A stretch of 64,000 nt of DNA from Candidatus Izemoplasmatales bacterium (GCA_050949045.1 JBMNEZ010000001.1:832001-896000); one strand, 5' to 3'; positions 1 through 9,703 are shown, counted from the stretch's first letter. The notes: generated by a model not told the origin, from the sequence alone. Translations and numbers: made by a program.

Positions 1-2
1 AA

Positions 3-593
3 TTAAGCACGATCCTTAGGACCGTAATTGAACTCCTAGCAGCGATACCATCAATTATTTACGGGTTGTTCGGTAGCGGCGTAATCCTCTCATTAATATA
101 CAACTTAGCCAAACTATTCGGCGTCCAATCTCAGGGAGGGCATTCCGTTTTAGCGACTGTAATAGTCTTATCGATAATGATTCTGCCAACAATAACCGCT
201 TTATCAGAGGTGGCGATTAGAAGTGTCGGGAAAGAAATAGAATACGGTTCATTAGCACTGGGCGCCACAAAAACGCAAACCAATTTCAAAGTTATTTTGA
301 CTAGTGCGAAATCAGGAATCTTTTCAGCCGCTATCCTAGGCATCGGCAGAGCCTTGGGTGAAGCTACCGCGGTTAGTCTTGTGGCTGGAAACGCAAGAAG
401 CGGGCCGACATTTAACTTTTTTCAAACAACATCTACTTTAACCTCGACCATGCTACAAGGCTTAAAAGAAACCATTGGACTCGATTATGACATCCGCTTC
501 AGTGTTGGAATCGTCTTAATGGTTGTCATTTTCCTAACCAATTCAACTTTGAATCTAATTAAGCGAAGAGTAGGTAACATCGATGTCAAATAA
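3..593 (+). CDS. pstC: Phosphate ABC transporter permease PstC (5'-truncated by window edge)
   Basis: Frame is open from base 3 (LSTILRTVIELLAAIPSIIYGLFG). EAA-type loop GSLALGATK and GRALGEATAV; first permease before pstA/pstB. Confidence 0.93.
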   Translation, partial: LSTILRTVIELLAAIPSIIYGLFGSGVILSLIYNLAKLFGVQSQGGHSVLATVIVLSIMILPTITALSEVAIRSVGKEIEYGSLALGATKTQTNFKVILTSAKSGIFSAAILGIGRALGEATAVSLVAGNARSGPTFNFFQTTSTLTSTMLQGLKETIGLDYDIRFSVGIVLMVVIFLTNSTLNLIKRRVGNIDVK

Positions 594-1782
594 AAGAAAA
601 ACGGTAGATAGATTATTACAAATCATTACTTATTCCGCGGCTTTAGTAGCTGTGCTGATTTTATCCTTAATCGTAATCTATATTGTGAAAAACGGATACA
701 GTCTAATCAATATCAAATTAATTACAAATAATTACCATACCCAGTATTACAACGGGGGCATTGAGAAAATAGATAATTTCAACCTTATTCCTAAACCAGA
801 AAACCTGGATGATACCGATTATTATTCGGAAAAATGGGGAATCGCTTTTAAAGACGATGTAAATATAGAAGGCAAACCGACAATCATCGTCACATATGTC
901 GATCGTAACTCCCCGCTAAAACAAATGTATGATAAGAATAATCCGGACAACCATGATTTCAAAATAGAAGTCAACAATATCGTCGTCTCAATCACATTTT
1001 ATGATAAGGATTCAGCGTTGAGCATCCACGGAGCACAACACATGATCAATCAGCTTGATGAAAGTGCGGAATTCAGAGAAATCGTCTTTTCCTCCTTAGG
1101 CGGAGGTATTAGGGGATCATTGATTACCACCTTATACACGATCGGTTTAACCTTGTTGTTTGCGCTTCCGATCGGGATCTTTACGGCGATATATTTAAAC
1201 GAGTTTGCGAAAAAAAACAAGATAACCAATACCATAAGAAGTATGATCGAAACTTTAACCGGTGTCCCCAGTATTATCTTCGGATTGATGGGCTTGGCTG
1301 TTTTTGTGCCAATAACGATAAAATATACCCCGGCAGATAGCGCGAATATCTTATCGGGGAGTCTGACTCTGGCGGTAATATTGTTGCCGGTGATTATCAG
1401 ATCTACAGAAGAATCCTTAAAAGTGGTTCCGGACAGTTTCAGACGAGCGTCTTTAGCCCTGGGGGCCAATAATACGCAAACAACGTTTAAAGTTGTTTTG
1501 CCATCGGCCCTACCGGGAATTCTCACGGCCACATTGCTGGCTATTGGCCGGGTTATCGGCGAGAGTGCAGCGCTCATTTTCGCAATCGGAACAGCGATCA
1601 AGGATGAGATTTCAATTTTTGGAAAATCCACAACATTAGCAGTGCATATCTGGGCTTTGATGACAGACGAACCGGCTAACATTGAATTAGCATGCGCGAT
1701 TTCGATAATAATACTGCTGATTGTATTGATACTTAATCTGTCCATAAAATTAATATCGAAAACTTATTTAAAAAAAGCTTGA
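583..1782 (+). CDS. pstA: Phosphate ABC transporter permease PstA with large extracellular insertion
   Basis: GVPSIIFGLMG, ASLALGAN and GRVIGESA motifs; ~135-aa hydrophilic insert after TM1. Confidence 0.92.
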   Translation: MSNKRKTVDRLLQIITYSAALVAVLILSLIVIYIVKNGYSLINIKLITNNYHTQYYNGGIEKIDNFNLIPKPENLDDTDYYSEKWGIAFKDDVNIEGKPTIIVTYVDRNSPLKQMYDKNNPDNHDFKIEVNNIVVSITFYDKDSALSIHGAQHMINQLDESAEFREIVFSSLGGGIRGSLITTLYTIGLTLLFALPIGIFTAIYLNEFAKKNKITNTIRSMIETLTGVPSIIFGLMGLAVFVPITIKYTPADSANILSGSLTLAVILLPVIIRSTEESLKVVPDSFRRASLALGANNTQTTFKVVLPSALPGILTATLLAIGRVIGESAALIFAIGTAIKDEISIFGKSTTLAVHIWALMTDEPANIELACAISIIILLIVLILNLSIKLISKTYLKKA

Positions 1783-1797
1783 AGGGGAGGAACTTAA

Positions 1798-2556
1798 ATG
1801 ACACAAGAAATATTCAAAATCCAAAATCTAGATTTATTTTATGATAAATTTCAAGCTTTAAGCAACATAAATATGAGCATTGAACATAAAAAAGTGACTG
1901 CTTTAATCGGGCCGTCCGGTTGTGGAAAATCGACTTTCCTGAGATGCCTCAACCGCATGAATGACTTGATTGACAATTGCCAGATCAGCGGCGAAGTGCT
2001 CTATCATGATAAAAACATTTATGAGAAAAACTATGATGTGATAGCGTTAAGGACAAAAGTCGGCATGGTGTTTCAAAAACCCAACCCTTTTCCGATGTCT
2101 ACCTATGACAATGTGGCTTACGGGCCTCGCTGTCAAGGCATTAAAGACAAGAACGAGTTGAACATAATCGTTGAAAAATCATTAAAAGGCGCCGCATTAT
2201 GGGACGAAGTGAAAGACCGCTTGAAACAAAGCGCGATCGGGTTGTCCGGAGGCCAACAACAGCGTTTGTGCATCGCCAGAGCGATCGCGATGGAACCAGA
2301 AGTTATTCTGATGGACGAACCCACCAGTGCCTTAGACCCAATCGCCACTTTAAAAATCGAGGAACTTATCAACACGCTCAAAGAAAATTATGCAATCGTC
2401 ATTGTGACCCACTCGATGCAACAAGCCGCTAGAATCTCAGACAACACCGCTTTCTTTCATATGGGCGAATTAATCGAGTATGATAAAACCGATTTGGTCT
2501 TTACCACACCAAAAAATCAAAAAACTGAAGAATATATTACTGGTCGCTTTGGTTAA
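1798..2556 (+). CDS. pstB: Phosphate ABC transporter ATP-binding protein
   Basis: [41 protein letters not shown] and C-terminal YITGRFG. Confidence 0.97.
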   Translation: MTQEIFKIQNLDLFYDKFQALSNINMSIEHKKVTALIGPSGCGKSTFLRCLNRMNDLIDNCQISGEVLYHDKNIYEKNYDVIALRTKVGMVFQKPNPFPMSTYDNVAYGPRCQGIKDKNELNIIVEKSLKGAALWDEVKDRLKQSAIGLSGGQQQRLCIARAIAMEPEVILMDEPTSALDPIATLKIEELINTLKENYAIVIVTHSMQQAARISDNTAFFHMGELIEYDKTDLVFTTPKNQKTEEYITGRFG

Positions 2557-2581
2557 TGATATAATTAACTTGGAGGAATCT

Positions 2582-3235
2582 ATGACTTATAGGACGCATT
2601 TCGAAAAAGAATTGGAAGAATTAAAATTAAGTTTAATCAAAATGGGTGATTTAGTCATTAAAAACATCCATCTTTCTTTGCTTTCATTTGTCGAGATGAA
2701 CACCGAACTGGCAGATCAAATCATCAAAGACGATAAACTCGTCAATCAATGTGAATACGATATCGAAAAAGATTGCATGAGAATCATTCTGCGCGAACAA
2801 CCCGTCGCAAAAGATTTAAGGCTGATAACCGCAATCTTAAAAATGGTTACGGATCTGGAAAGAATCGGCGATCACGCCGCTGACATCTCGAAGTTGACGG
2901 TGTTTATGGAGAAAAACAAGAAGCCTTTTGCGGTTAAGCAGGTATACAAAATGGCGGATGAAAGCAAAAAAATGATCAAAATGGCTTTGGAGTCATTTGT
3001 CAATCAAGATCAAGACATTGCCTTGAAAGTTATTGATAATGACGACATCGTGGATGACTATTTTACGGAAGTGCAACATATCGTCGCAGAAGCCATTCGC
3101 GGAAACAATATAGACGCAGACTATGCTCTATATTTGATGATGGTAACTAAATATTTGGAAAGAATCGGCGATCACGCAGTCAATATCGCCGAGTGGGTAA
3201 TCTTTTCAATATTGGGACATCACAGAAGAAAATGA
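2582..3235 (+). CDS. phoU: Phosphate signalling/uptake regulator PhoU
   Basis: Two LERIGDHA repeats and REQPVAKDLR; ATG 2582 follows GGAGG. Confidence 0.95.
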   Translation: MTYRTHFEKELEELKLSLIKMGDLVIKNIHLSLLSFVEMNTELADQIIKDDKLVNQCEYDIEKDCMRIILREQPVAKDLRLITAILKMVTDLERIGDHAADISKLTVFMEKNKKPFAVKQVYKMADESKKMIKMALESFVNQDQDIALKVIDNDDIVDDYFTEVQHIVAEAIRGNNIDADYALYLMMVTKYLERIGDHAVNIAEWVIFSILGHHRRK

Positions 3236-3245
3236 GGGAAGAATA

Positions 3246-3932
3246 ATGAGGCCTTTGGTTTTCTCTGTAGAAGACGACTTGAATATTCAAAATGTAATAA
3301 GAATCGCCCTTGAAAACTCCCAGATCGATGTTCTCGCTTTTACCAGCGCCAATCAGATGCTGGCTAAACTTGAAGAGACACTGCCTGATGTTTTGCTTTT
3401 GGATATTATATTGCCGGGGATGGATGGCTTACAACTGATCAAAAAACTTAAAAAGAATGATAAGTATAAAAACATTCCCATTATGGTCATTTCCGCAAAA
3501 ACAACAGAAATAGACAAAGTCATCGGCATCGACCTAGGCGCCGATGACTATATGGCAAAGCCATTTGGAGTTTTGGAAATGGTTTCCAGGGTTAAAGCTC
3601 TCTTAAGAAGGAATAAGAACACTGGCGAAAATGAAGTCTTGGAAATAAACGGTTTAGTGCTCGATAAAAAAGAGCACCAAGTTCTTTATAAAGAAAAAAC
3701 TGTTGACTTAACCAATAAGCAGTTCGACTTATTGGAATATCTAATGCAAAGGCATAAAAGACTGATATCCAGAGAAGAACTGTTAAACAATATTTGGGGC
3801 TATGACTTCGTCGGAGAAACGAGAACGATCGATGTCCATATTAAAGAAATCAGAAACAAACTCAAGCTGGCCGGAATAGAACAGCCGACAATCGAAACCG
3901 TCCGCGGAATAGGATATAAGTTTATATTATGA
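3246..3932 (+). CDS. phoP: OmpR/PhoB-family response regulator (PhoP-like)
   Basis: VEDD, LLDIILPG, GADDYMAKPF, RTIDVHI and ETVRGIGY; located in the pst/phoU operon. Confidence 0.88.
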   Translation: MRPLVFSVEDDLNIQNVIRIALENSQIDVLAFTSANQMLAKLEETLPDVLLLDIILPGMDGLQLIKKLKKNDKYKNIPIMVISAKTTEIDKVIGIDLGADDYMAKPFGVLEMVSRVKALLRRNKNTGENEVLEINGLVLDKKEHQVLYKEKTVDLTNKQFDLLEYLMQRHKRLISREELLNNIWGYDFVGETRTIDVHIKEIRNKLKLAGIEQPTIETVRGIGYKFIL

Positions 3933-5632
3933 AAAGAAAAATTAGTTTTCAGTTTATATTGATTATTCTGATTTCTTTAATATTTTTCATCGTCGGCGCT
4001 TCTTTTATTGCCCGAAACAGCCTCAATAACGCCACAAAGCTCAATCTTGAAAAGTATCTTTTTATCATACTGCAAGATTACCAAGAACAAAATGAGACAC
4101 AAATCATCGACAAATATGAGGATATTGAAGATTTCTTAAGAATCACCTTTATCGATTCCGCCGGCAATGTCATAGCGGATTCTTTAGCCGACAATTTAGA
4201 CAACCACTTGGACAGGCCTGAAATCGCCAACCCGGGCGAAATATATATCCGCTATTCGGATACATTAAAAATCGACATGATGTATCTTGCGGCAAGCGTC
4301 GATAACGGCTATGTTCGAGTCGCGATCCCAATTTCGTCATTATTAGGGTTCTTAAATGATTTCACTGCTCTGTCGATTGCGATCGGAGTAATCATCGTCA
4401 CCTTATCGATTGTCACAAGCACATATCTGATTAAGCAGAGTCTAAAACCACTACAGGATGTAAAAGAGATACTTTCTAATATCAATCAAGGCAATTTCAA
4501 AGAAATCATGCCGGTCTTGAAATACGATGAAATCAACTCGCTTATAAAAGAAATAAACGAACTCAATCGATCGATGTCCGCCAACATCTTATCTTTAAAA
4601 TCAGAAAAACTGAAATCGGATTTCTTGTTAAACCACATGAATCAAGGAATTTGTGTTTTGGATGAAAATGCAAAAATAGTGTTGTTAAACACCTATTTAA
4701 AACGTTTATATAATTTTAATATCGATTATAACATCAACAAAGATTTCCGCTATCTGTTTCGCGGCGAGGAAATCCAGGCCGCGATCAGAGAAGTTTACAA
4801 CAATAAAAAAGATCAAATGTTAACGATTCAAATCAATGGCGGGTATTACTCTGTTTCAATCATCTACTCTGAAAAAGACTACAGCGAAATACCCACCGTG
4901 ATTCTGATCTATTCCGATATAACCCAAAGCAAAAAAATCGAAACCCTAAAAAAAGACTTTTTTGTAAATGCTTCTCATGAACTGAAGTCGCCTCTTACTA
5001 CCATAATCGGTTCAGCCGAACTCATAGCCAACGATATCGCTTCAGACGAAGCGACTAGAAAAGATCTGGTTAATCGAATTCTCTCCGAAGCCAAACGAAT
5101 GAATAACCTGGTCTTAGACATGTTATCTTTGTCAGAACAAGAAAACAGAGATTCTAAAAAAGAGAAGAAAATAGTCAATCTTCCCAAAACGGTTGAAGAG
5201 GTAATCGATAATCTGAAAGTGATCGCTCAGGAAAAAAAGCTTGAGATTATTACCGATATATTGGATGTAAATATTTATATTAATTATGAAGAAATTTACC
5301 AACTTATTAAAAATGTTTTAGAAAATGCCATTAAATATAATAACAATGAAGGCAAAGTGTGGATCAATATTCAAACAGACGATCAAGATTTGATAATCAA
5401 AGTCACCGATAATGGAATTGGCATCCCCAAAAAAGATCTTGGAAGAGTCTTTGAAAGGTTCTACCGCGTTGACAAAGCAAGAAGCAATGCAATCAGCGGC
5501 ACAGGATTGGGTTTATCCATAGTGAAACACATTGTCATGAACTATCATGGTCGCATTGAACTCGATAGCGAGGATGATGAAGGCACCGAAGTGAGAATAT
5601 ACATTCCCAAAAAAGAATTAAAATTAATGTAA
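3929..5632 (+). CDS. phoR: Sensor histidine kinase PhoR-like (2 TM, HAMP, PAS, HisKA, HATPase)
   Basis: NHLDRPEI, ASHELKSPLT, ENAIKY, DNGIGI, FERFYRVDKARS and GTGLGLSIVKH; overlaps the regulator stop (ATTATGA). Confidence 0.9.
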   Translation: MKRKISFQFILIILISLIFFIVGASFIARNSLNNATKLNLEKYLFIILQDYQEQNETQIIDKYEDIEDFLRITFIDSAGNVIADSLADNLDNHLDRPEIANPGEIYIRYSDTLKIDMMYLAASVDNGYVRVAIPISSLLGFLNDFTALSIAIGVIIVTLSIVTSTYLIKQSLKPLQDVKEILSNINQGNFKEIMPVLKYDEINSLIKEINELNRSMSANILSLKSEKLKSDFLLNHMNQGICVLDENAKIVLLNTYLKRLYNFNIDYNINKDFRYLFRGEEIQAAIREVYNNKKDQMLTIQINGGYYSVSIIYSEKDYSEIPTVILIYSDITQSKKIETLKKDFFVNASHELKSPLTTIIGSAELIANDIASDEATRKDLVNRILSEAKRMNNLVLDMLSLSEQENRDSKKEKKIVNLPKTVEEVIDNLKVIAQEKKLEIITDILDVNIYINYEEIYQLIKNVLENAIKYNNNEGKVWINIQTDDQDLIIKVTDNGIGIPKKDLGRVFERFYRVDKARSNAISGTGLGLSIVKHIVMNYHGRIELDSEDDEGTEVRIYIPKKELKLM

Positions 5633-5665
5633 GATAAAAATAAATGACAGGTCAATAACGCACTC

Positions 5666-5698
5666 AAAAAAGCAAGCTTATAAAAACTTGCTTTTTTT
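5666..5698 (+). terminator. Intrinsic terminator after phoR (potentially bidirectional)
   Basis: AAAAAAGCAAG...CTTGCTTTTTTT inverted repeat. Confidence 0.75.
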
Positions 5699-6041
5699 GT
5701 GGATCCTTAAATATAAGAATGTTCTTTGTCTTAATTTAAAAAGCCTTTATGCGTCATTAAGCTTTTAATACCTATAAAGGAACTCATTTAACACAATAAA
5801 ATATACTTATTTCTATCAAAGAAGAAGGTGATTCAATAGATAATAGATAAATTATATCGATTTTAGATTCAAAATGAGTGTATTGATTTGACCATTGTTG
5901 TTTTTTCTATGAAAAAAGTATAAAAACGGCTTAAAATGATCAATATATAGAGAGTGAACCCCATTTAGTATAGTAGACTTTAATAAAAAGGGGTAATATA
6001 TCACTTTATGTAGCCGTAAGCAAAAATTTCAAATTGTTTTT

Positions 6042-6140
6042 AAAACACCTTCGTATATACTTAAAATATAGGAGGTGTTTTTTAATGGCTTAAAAAGGTC
6101 AAAATTGGAAAGCAGAACATTTAAATTCAAGTACATAGTT
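6042..6140 (+). mobile_element. Possible decayed IS3-family left end / orfA start
   Basis: Imperfect inverted repeat AAAACACCTTCGTATAT...ATATAGGAGGTGTTTT covers an SD. It is followed by ATG GCT TAA AAA GGT CAA (MA*KGQ) and a shifted frame RTFKFKYIV, resembling MAKKGQK..Y..EFK starts of IS3/IS150 OrfA. Confidence 0.3.
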
Positions 6141-6154
6141 AATTTTGATTATGT

Positions 6155-6442
6155 TCAAAAAGGTAAAATAAGCATTTCAAACTGTTCGAAAAATTGGATA
6201 TGTGAAATAACCCAGTTTAGTTTCATCACAAAAAAGACTATTCCGATATTTGCTTTCTGTGACTCCGATAATTGCATGATAAGTTTATCAAATCCATACT
6301 TGATCTTCAGTACATCAATGACTCTTTCAATTTCCAAACGATTGATAAAGTCCATTTTATGAAGTGCTTCGCTTTCTTCATCTGATTTGCTCTTCAATCT
6401 TTCTGTGATGTTTAATAAATAAGAGAAATCACCTTTTCGCAT
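6155..6442 (-). pseudogene. IS5-family (DDE) transposase C-terminal remnant
   Basis: RLEIERVIDVLKIKYGFDKLIMQLSESQKANIGIVFFVMKL resembles the R.EIER.FG..KRKYGL..I..KL.E......I...VMNL tail of IS5-type transposases; no N-terminal part is present. Confidence 0.55.
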
Positions 6443-6472
6443 AAAAAAGGCTTGACACAATTGTGTCAACCC
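6443..6472 (-). terminator. tmRNA terminator
   Basis: Perfect palindrome TTGACACAATTGTGTCAA (6452-6469) followed by a T-run on the - strand, just past the ssrA CCA end. Confidence 0.65.
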
Positions 6473-6485
6473 TATCTCACTAAGA

Positions 6486-6829
6486 TGGTGGAGCTGGGGG
6501 GAATCGAACCCCCGTCCAAAACAGCCGACCATTTGACTTTCTACATGCTTAGCCTCCCGATGGTTTTCACCGCATTGTAGCCAGGAGACAAACATCGATG
6601 CGGTTAGCCCTGTTAATCTCGCTAACATGCCTAAGGCGGCGACATGGTTCGCTATCCTGCTAAGTGCAGTCCGCCCAAACCCGCAGGCCGGAAGGGGAGG
6701 ACTCGCTACTTCTTCTTAAGCAGCGTAAGCGTAATTATTGGTTCCAGTTATATTTACTGGTGCATTTTTAGATCTGCCGATCGCATGCTTATCAAACTCA
6801 AACTATCCTGTCGAATCCAGAACAGCCCC
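6486..6829 (-). ncRNA. ssrA: tmRNA; tag (A)GTNNYAYAA*
   Basis: 5' GGGGCTGTTCTGGATTCGAC and 3' GGACGGGGGTTCGATTCCCCCCAGCTCCACCA; resume context TAAATATAACT-GGA at 6745; immediately downstream of smpB. Confidence 0.97.
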
Positions 6830-6842
6830 GGATAATACCGCT

Positions 6843-7289
6843 CTAGCGGTATTCTTTCTCGACTTTTTCGAGCCGTCTTTTCGAGTCTTCCTCTTTGGCG
6901 GTCTCGCGTTTGTCGTAAAGCTTCTTGCCCTTGCAAAGGGCAAGTTCAACCTTGCACAAACTTTCCTTAAGATAGACTTTTGTGGGAACCAGGGTCAGAC
7001 CCTCTTGTTTAAGCTTCAAGGACAGCCTGATGATGTCATGTTTCTCCATCAGAAGCTTCCGGTCCCGTTTTTCCTCATGGTTATGGATGTTGCCGTGGGA
7101 GTATTTGGAAATATGCATATTGATCACGAAAAGTTCATAGCCTTTGATGCGGGCATAGGCATCGTTGATCGCCACTTTGCCGAGCCTGACCGATTTGATT
7201 TCGGTGCCGGTGAGGACGATGCCGCATTCGAAGGTATCGAGGATGTAGTATTCGCGGCTGATCTTTTTGTTGTTCACGATGACTTTCAT
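6843..7289 (-). CDS. smpB: SsrA-binding protein
   Basis: ECGIVLTGTEIKSVR, RDRKLL, GKKLYDKRE. Confidence 0.97.
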   Translation of the reverse strand: MKVIVNNKKISREYYILDTFECGIVLTGTEIKSVRLGKVAINDAYARIKGYELFVINMHISKYSHGNIHNHEEKRDRKLLMEKHDIIRLSLKLKQEGLTLVPTKVYLKESLCKVELALCKGKKLYDKRETAKEEDSKRRLEKVEKEYR

Positions 7290-7301
7290 CAGGGCACCTC
7301 C

Positions 7302-9371
7302 CTAGGCAAGGACGAAATCAATCTTGCCTCGCCACCGGTCAGCCTTGACGAGACGAACACGAACCTTCTTGCCTATATTATATACTATCCTAGAAGAAAT
7401 TCCAAGATAGATCATCTGCTTCTCATTGAAGTCAATGGCCTCGGGAAAAGTGGAGATATGGACCAGTCCTTCAACCGTGTTAGGCAGTTCGACGAACATC
7501 CCGAAACGGGTCAGACCCGAGACGACACCTTCAAAAACCTCGTTGACATGGTTTTCCATGTATTCGGCTTTTTTCATTTCTTCGACTTCCCTTTCAGCGA
7601 GCATTGCCCTTCTTTCGGTAACTGAACTTTGGATGGCCGCTTGTGGCAAGACTTCGAGAAAATGATCCAGCATCTTTAAGGTCGGTTCGTTGAACAGATA
7701 GGCTCTCAGCATCCGGTGAACCATCAGATCGGGATAACGCCTGATCGGCGAAGTGAAATGGGTGTAATGAGAAAAGGCAAGACCGTAGTGACCGAGATTA
7801 AGTTCGCTGTACTTGGCTTTCGCCATCGACCTCAGCATCAGCGTGTTGAAGACCTTGTCGTATTCGGAGCCCTCGACATCATGCAAGAGTTCTTGCAGGT
7901 GCCTATGCGTCGGCCGTTTGGGAACATCAGAAACGATACCCTGTTCCTTGGCAAACTGAAAAAGCGAAGCGAGTTTCTCCGAATCAGGTTTCTCATGGAC
8001 CCGATATATGAAAGGATACTCGCGGAAGTGGATATCGGATGCGACCACTTGGTTAGCGACAAGCATGAACTCTTCGATCAAACGCTCGGAAACGCCTCTC
8101 TCCCTGATTATGATATCCGTGACATTGCCCTCGGTGTCGAAACTGATCTTCGGTTCGATCGTTTCAAAATCGATTGAACCGATTTTGATCCTGACATCCC
8201 TGAGTATCTGGGCGAGTTCCGCCATCAAAACAAGATTGTCGATAATCTTTGGATCGGTTATCGTCTCGGACATTTCGCCGGCAAGGATCTTGTTGCACTC
8301 GCCGTAAGTCAACTGCCGGCGGCTTCTGATCAATGAGGGAAAGAGCTCGTAATTGATGACTTCGGCACTACCATTTATCTCCATCACACAAGAAAGCGTC
8401 AAACGGTCAACCCCGGGATTGAGAGAGCAAATTCCGTTCGCCAGCTTTCTTGGAAGCATCGGGACGACCTTGTCGGCCAGATAAACACTAGTGCCCCTCG
8501 AAAAGGCTTCCAAGTCCAAAGGCGAACCCTCGGTCACATAATGGCTGACATCGGCGATATGAACGCCCAGGCGATATGTTCCTCGCGGCAGTTTGACAAG
8601 CGAAATCGCATCATCGATATCCTTGGTATCGTTGCCGTCGATCGTAAAGATCAATTCATCCCGCAGATCCTTGCGCCCTTCATATTCAAAGGGCCGCACT
8701 TCGGAGGGGACCAGATCCAGATACTGGATCACCGCTTCGGGAAAAGTATCGGGAATCTGAAGCCTCTTCAGAACTTCGATGATTTCGATACCGGGATCAT
8801 CGCGATGGCCGATGATCTCCGTTATCGCGCAATCGGCGATGTTTTGGCGCCTATAACGGACGATTTTCGCCGTTACGATTGCATAATCGACCAGTTCTTT
8901 TGGTTTCTCCACAACTTTGAAAAATACGTTCTGCGCTCCGTTTTTGGGAAAGATCGCGCCCTGGTAGTACTCGCCGACAACTGTCTCGAGAGCGCGTTTT
9001 TGGACTTTAACGACTTCGCCTTCACTTCTCTCAAATGCCGAGCTTCGGTTGATTCTGACCAAAACGGTGTCCCCGGGGAACGCATCGAGGGTCTTTCCCC
9101 TAGCGATGTAGATATCCTCAGCCAAATCTTCCGTAACCAAAAAACCATATCCGGCCGGTTTGAGGTCAAGAACGCCGGTTAGGAAGTTCTTCCCGTCAAG
9201 AAGCATGTACTTGCCGTTTTCGCTGGCGACAATCCTATCCTCTTCCAGAAGCGACTGAAGCGCCAGCGAGATCTTGTTTCTGTCTTTCTCCTTCAAGTCT
9301 TTCTGGATCTTTTTGACGCTGGCGGGAGGATAGTCTTTCCGCTTGAGCAGTTTGATGATTCTTTCCTTCAT
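7302..9371 (-). CDS. rnr: Ribonuclease R
   Basis: TIDGNDTKDIDDA, YTHFTSPIRRYPDL and C-terminal S1 domain; secG-rnr-smpB-ssrA synteny. Confidence 0.95.
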   Translation of the reverse strand: MKERIIKLLKRKDYPPASVKKIQKDLKEKDRNKISLALQSLLEEDRIVASENGKYMLLDGKNFLTGVLDLKPAGYGFLVTEDLAEDIYIARGKTLDAFPGDTVLVRINRSSAFERSEGEVVKVQKRALETVVGEYYQGAIFPKNGAQNVFFKVVEKPKELVDYAIVTAKIVRYRRQNIADCAITEIIGHRDDPGIEIIEVLKRLQIPDTFPEAVIQYLDLVPSEVRPFEYEGRKDLRDELIFTIDGNDTKDIDDAISLVKLPRGTYRLGVHIADVSHYVTEGSPLDLEAFSRGTSVYLADKVVPMLPRKLANGICSLNPGVDRLTLSCVMEINGSAEVINYELFPSLIRSRRQLTYGECNKILAGEMSETITDPKIIDNLVLMAELAQILRDVRIKIGSIDFETIEPKISFDTEGNVTDIIIRERGVSERLIEEFMLVANQVVASDIHFREYPFIYRVHEKPDSEKLASLFQFAKEQGIVSDVPKRPTHRHLQELLHDVEGSEYDKVFNTLMLRSMAKAKYSELNLGHYGLAFSHYTHFTSPIRRYPDLMVHRMLRAYLFNEPTLKMLDHFLEVLPQAAIQSSVTERRAMLAEREVEEMKKAEYMENHVNEVFEGVVSGLTRFGMFVELPNTVEGLVHISTFPEAIDFNEKQMIYLGISSRIVYNIGKKVRVRLVKADRWRGKIDFVLA

Positions 9372-9389
9372 AATGTCTCCTGTATTTTG

Positions 9390-9416
9390 AAAAAAAAGAA
9401 CACATCAATGTGTTCT
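9390..9416 (-). terminator. Terminator/attenuator between secG and rnr
   Basis: AGAACACA-TTGA-TGTGTTCT followed by a T-run on the - strand. Confidence 0.55.
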
Positions 9417-9636
9417 AGAAGACTATCGCCAAAATCGCCAGCACCGCGAATATCACCGTCGTAGCCGTGGTGATCCTTGCCAACAAGAGCTCGGGACCGC
9501 GTTGTTTCTGGTTTTTGAACAGTTCGGATTTTTCTCCCGAAAAGGTGTTTTGGACGTCATCTTTGGACTCCTGAAGCATAACGAGAGCGATCAGGAATAC
9601 CGACACACTGAGAAGTAGCCAATCGAGCCAACCCAT
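9415..9636 (-). CDS. secG: Preprotein translocase subunit SecG
   Basis: Two TM segments and LQESK...FSG..ELF..QKQRG motif; ATG 9636 with GGAGG SD. Confidence 0.9.
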   Translation of the reverse strand: MGWLDWLLLSVSVFLIALVMLQESKDDVQNTFSGEKSELFKNQKQRGPELLLARITTATTVIFAVLAILAIVF

Positions 9637-9694
9637 AGCGAACCTCCTATTAACATTGATCGTCGATGATCGCACAATCTGATCGTGCTCAATC

Positions 9695-9703
9695 ATTATA
9701 ACA
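9695..9703 (-). promoter_or_regulatory. Extended -10 promoter (TGTTATAAT) for secG
   Basis: Perfect TGnTATAAT upstream of secG. Confidence 0.6.

Noticed and set aside
2856..3177. Exact 22-nt direct repeat TGGAAAGAATCGGCGATCACGC at 2856 and 3156
   Set aside because: It encodes the two LERIGDHA motifs of PhoU's known internal duplication; not a CRISPR or att repeat.
6155..6628. 157-aa ORF on the - strand
   Set aside because: Its 5' third reads through the tmRNA gene and terminator; only 6155-6442 is kept, as a transposase remnant.
6738..7625. 295-aa + strand ORF
   Set aside because: Antisense shadow of ssrA/smpB/rnr with no recognisable motifs.
9397..9416. GAAC...GTTC palindrome as a possible LexA/SOS box
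   Set aside because: The spacer is far longer than the 4 nt of the Firmicutes box, and the flanking T-run fits a terminator.
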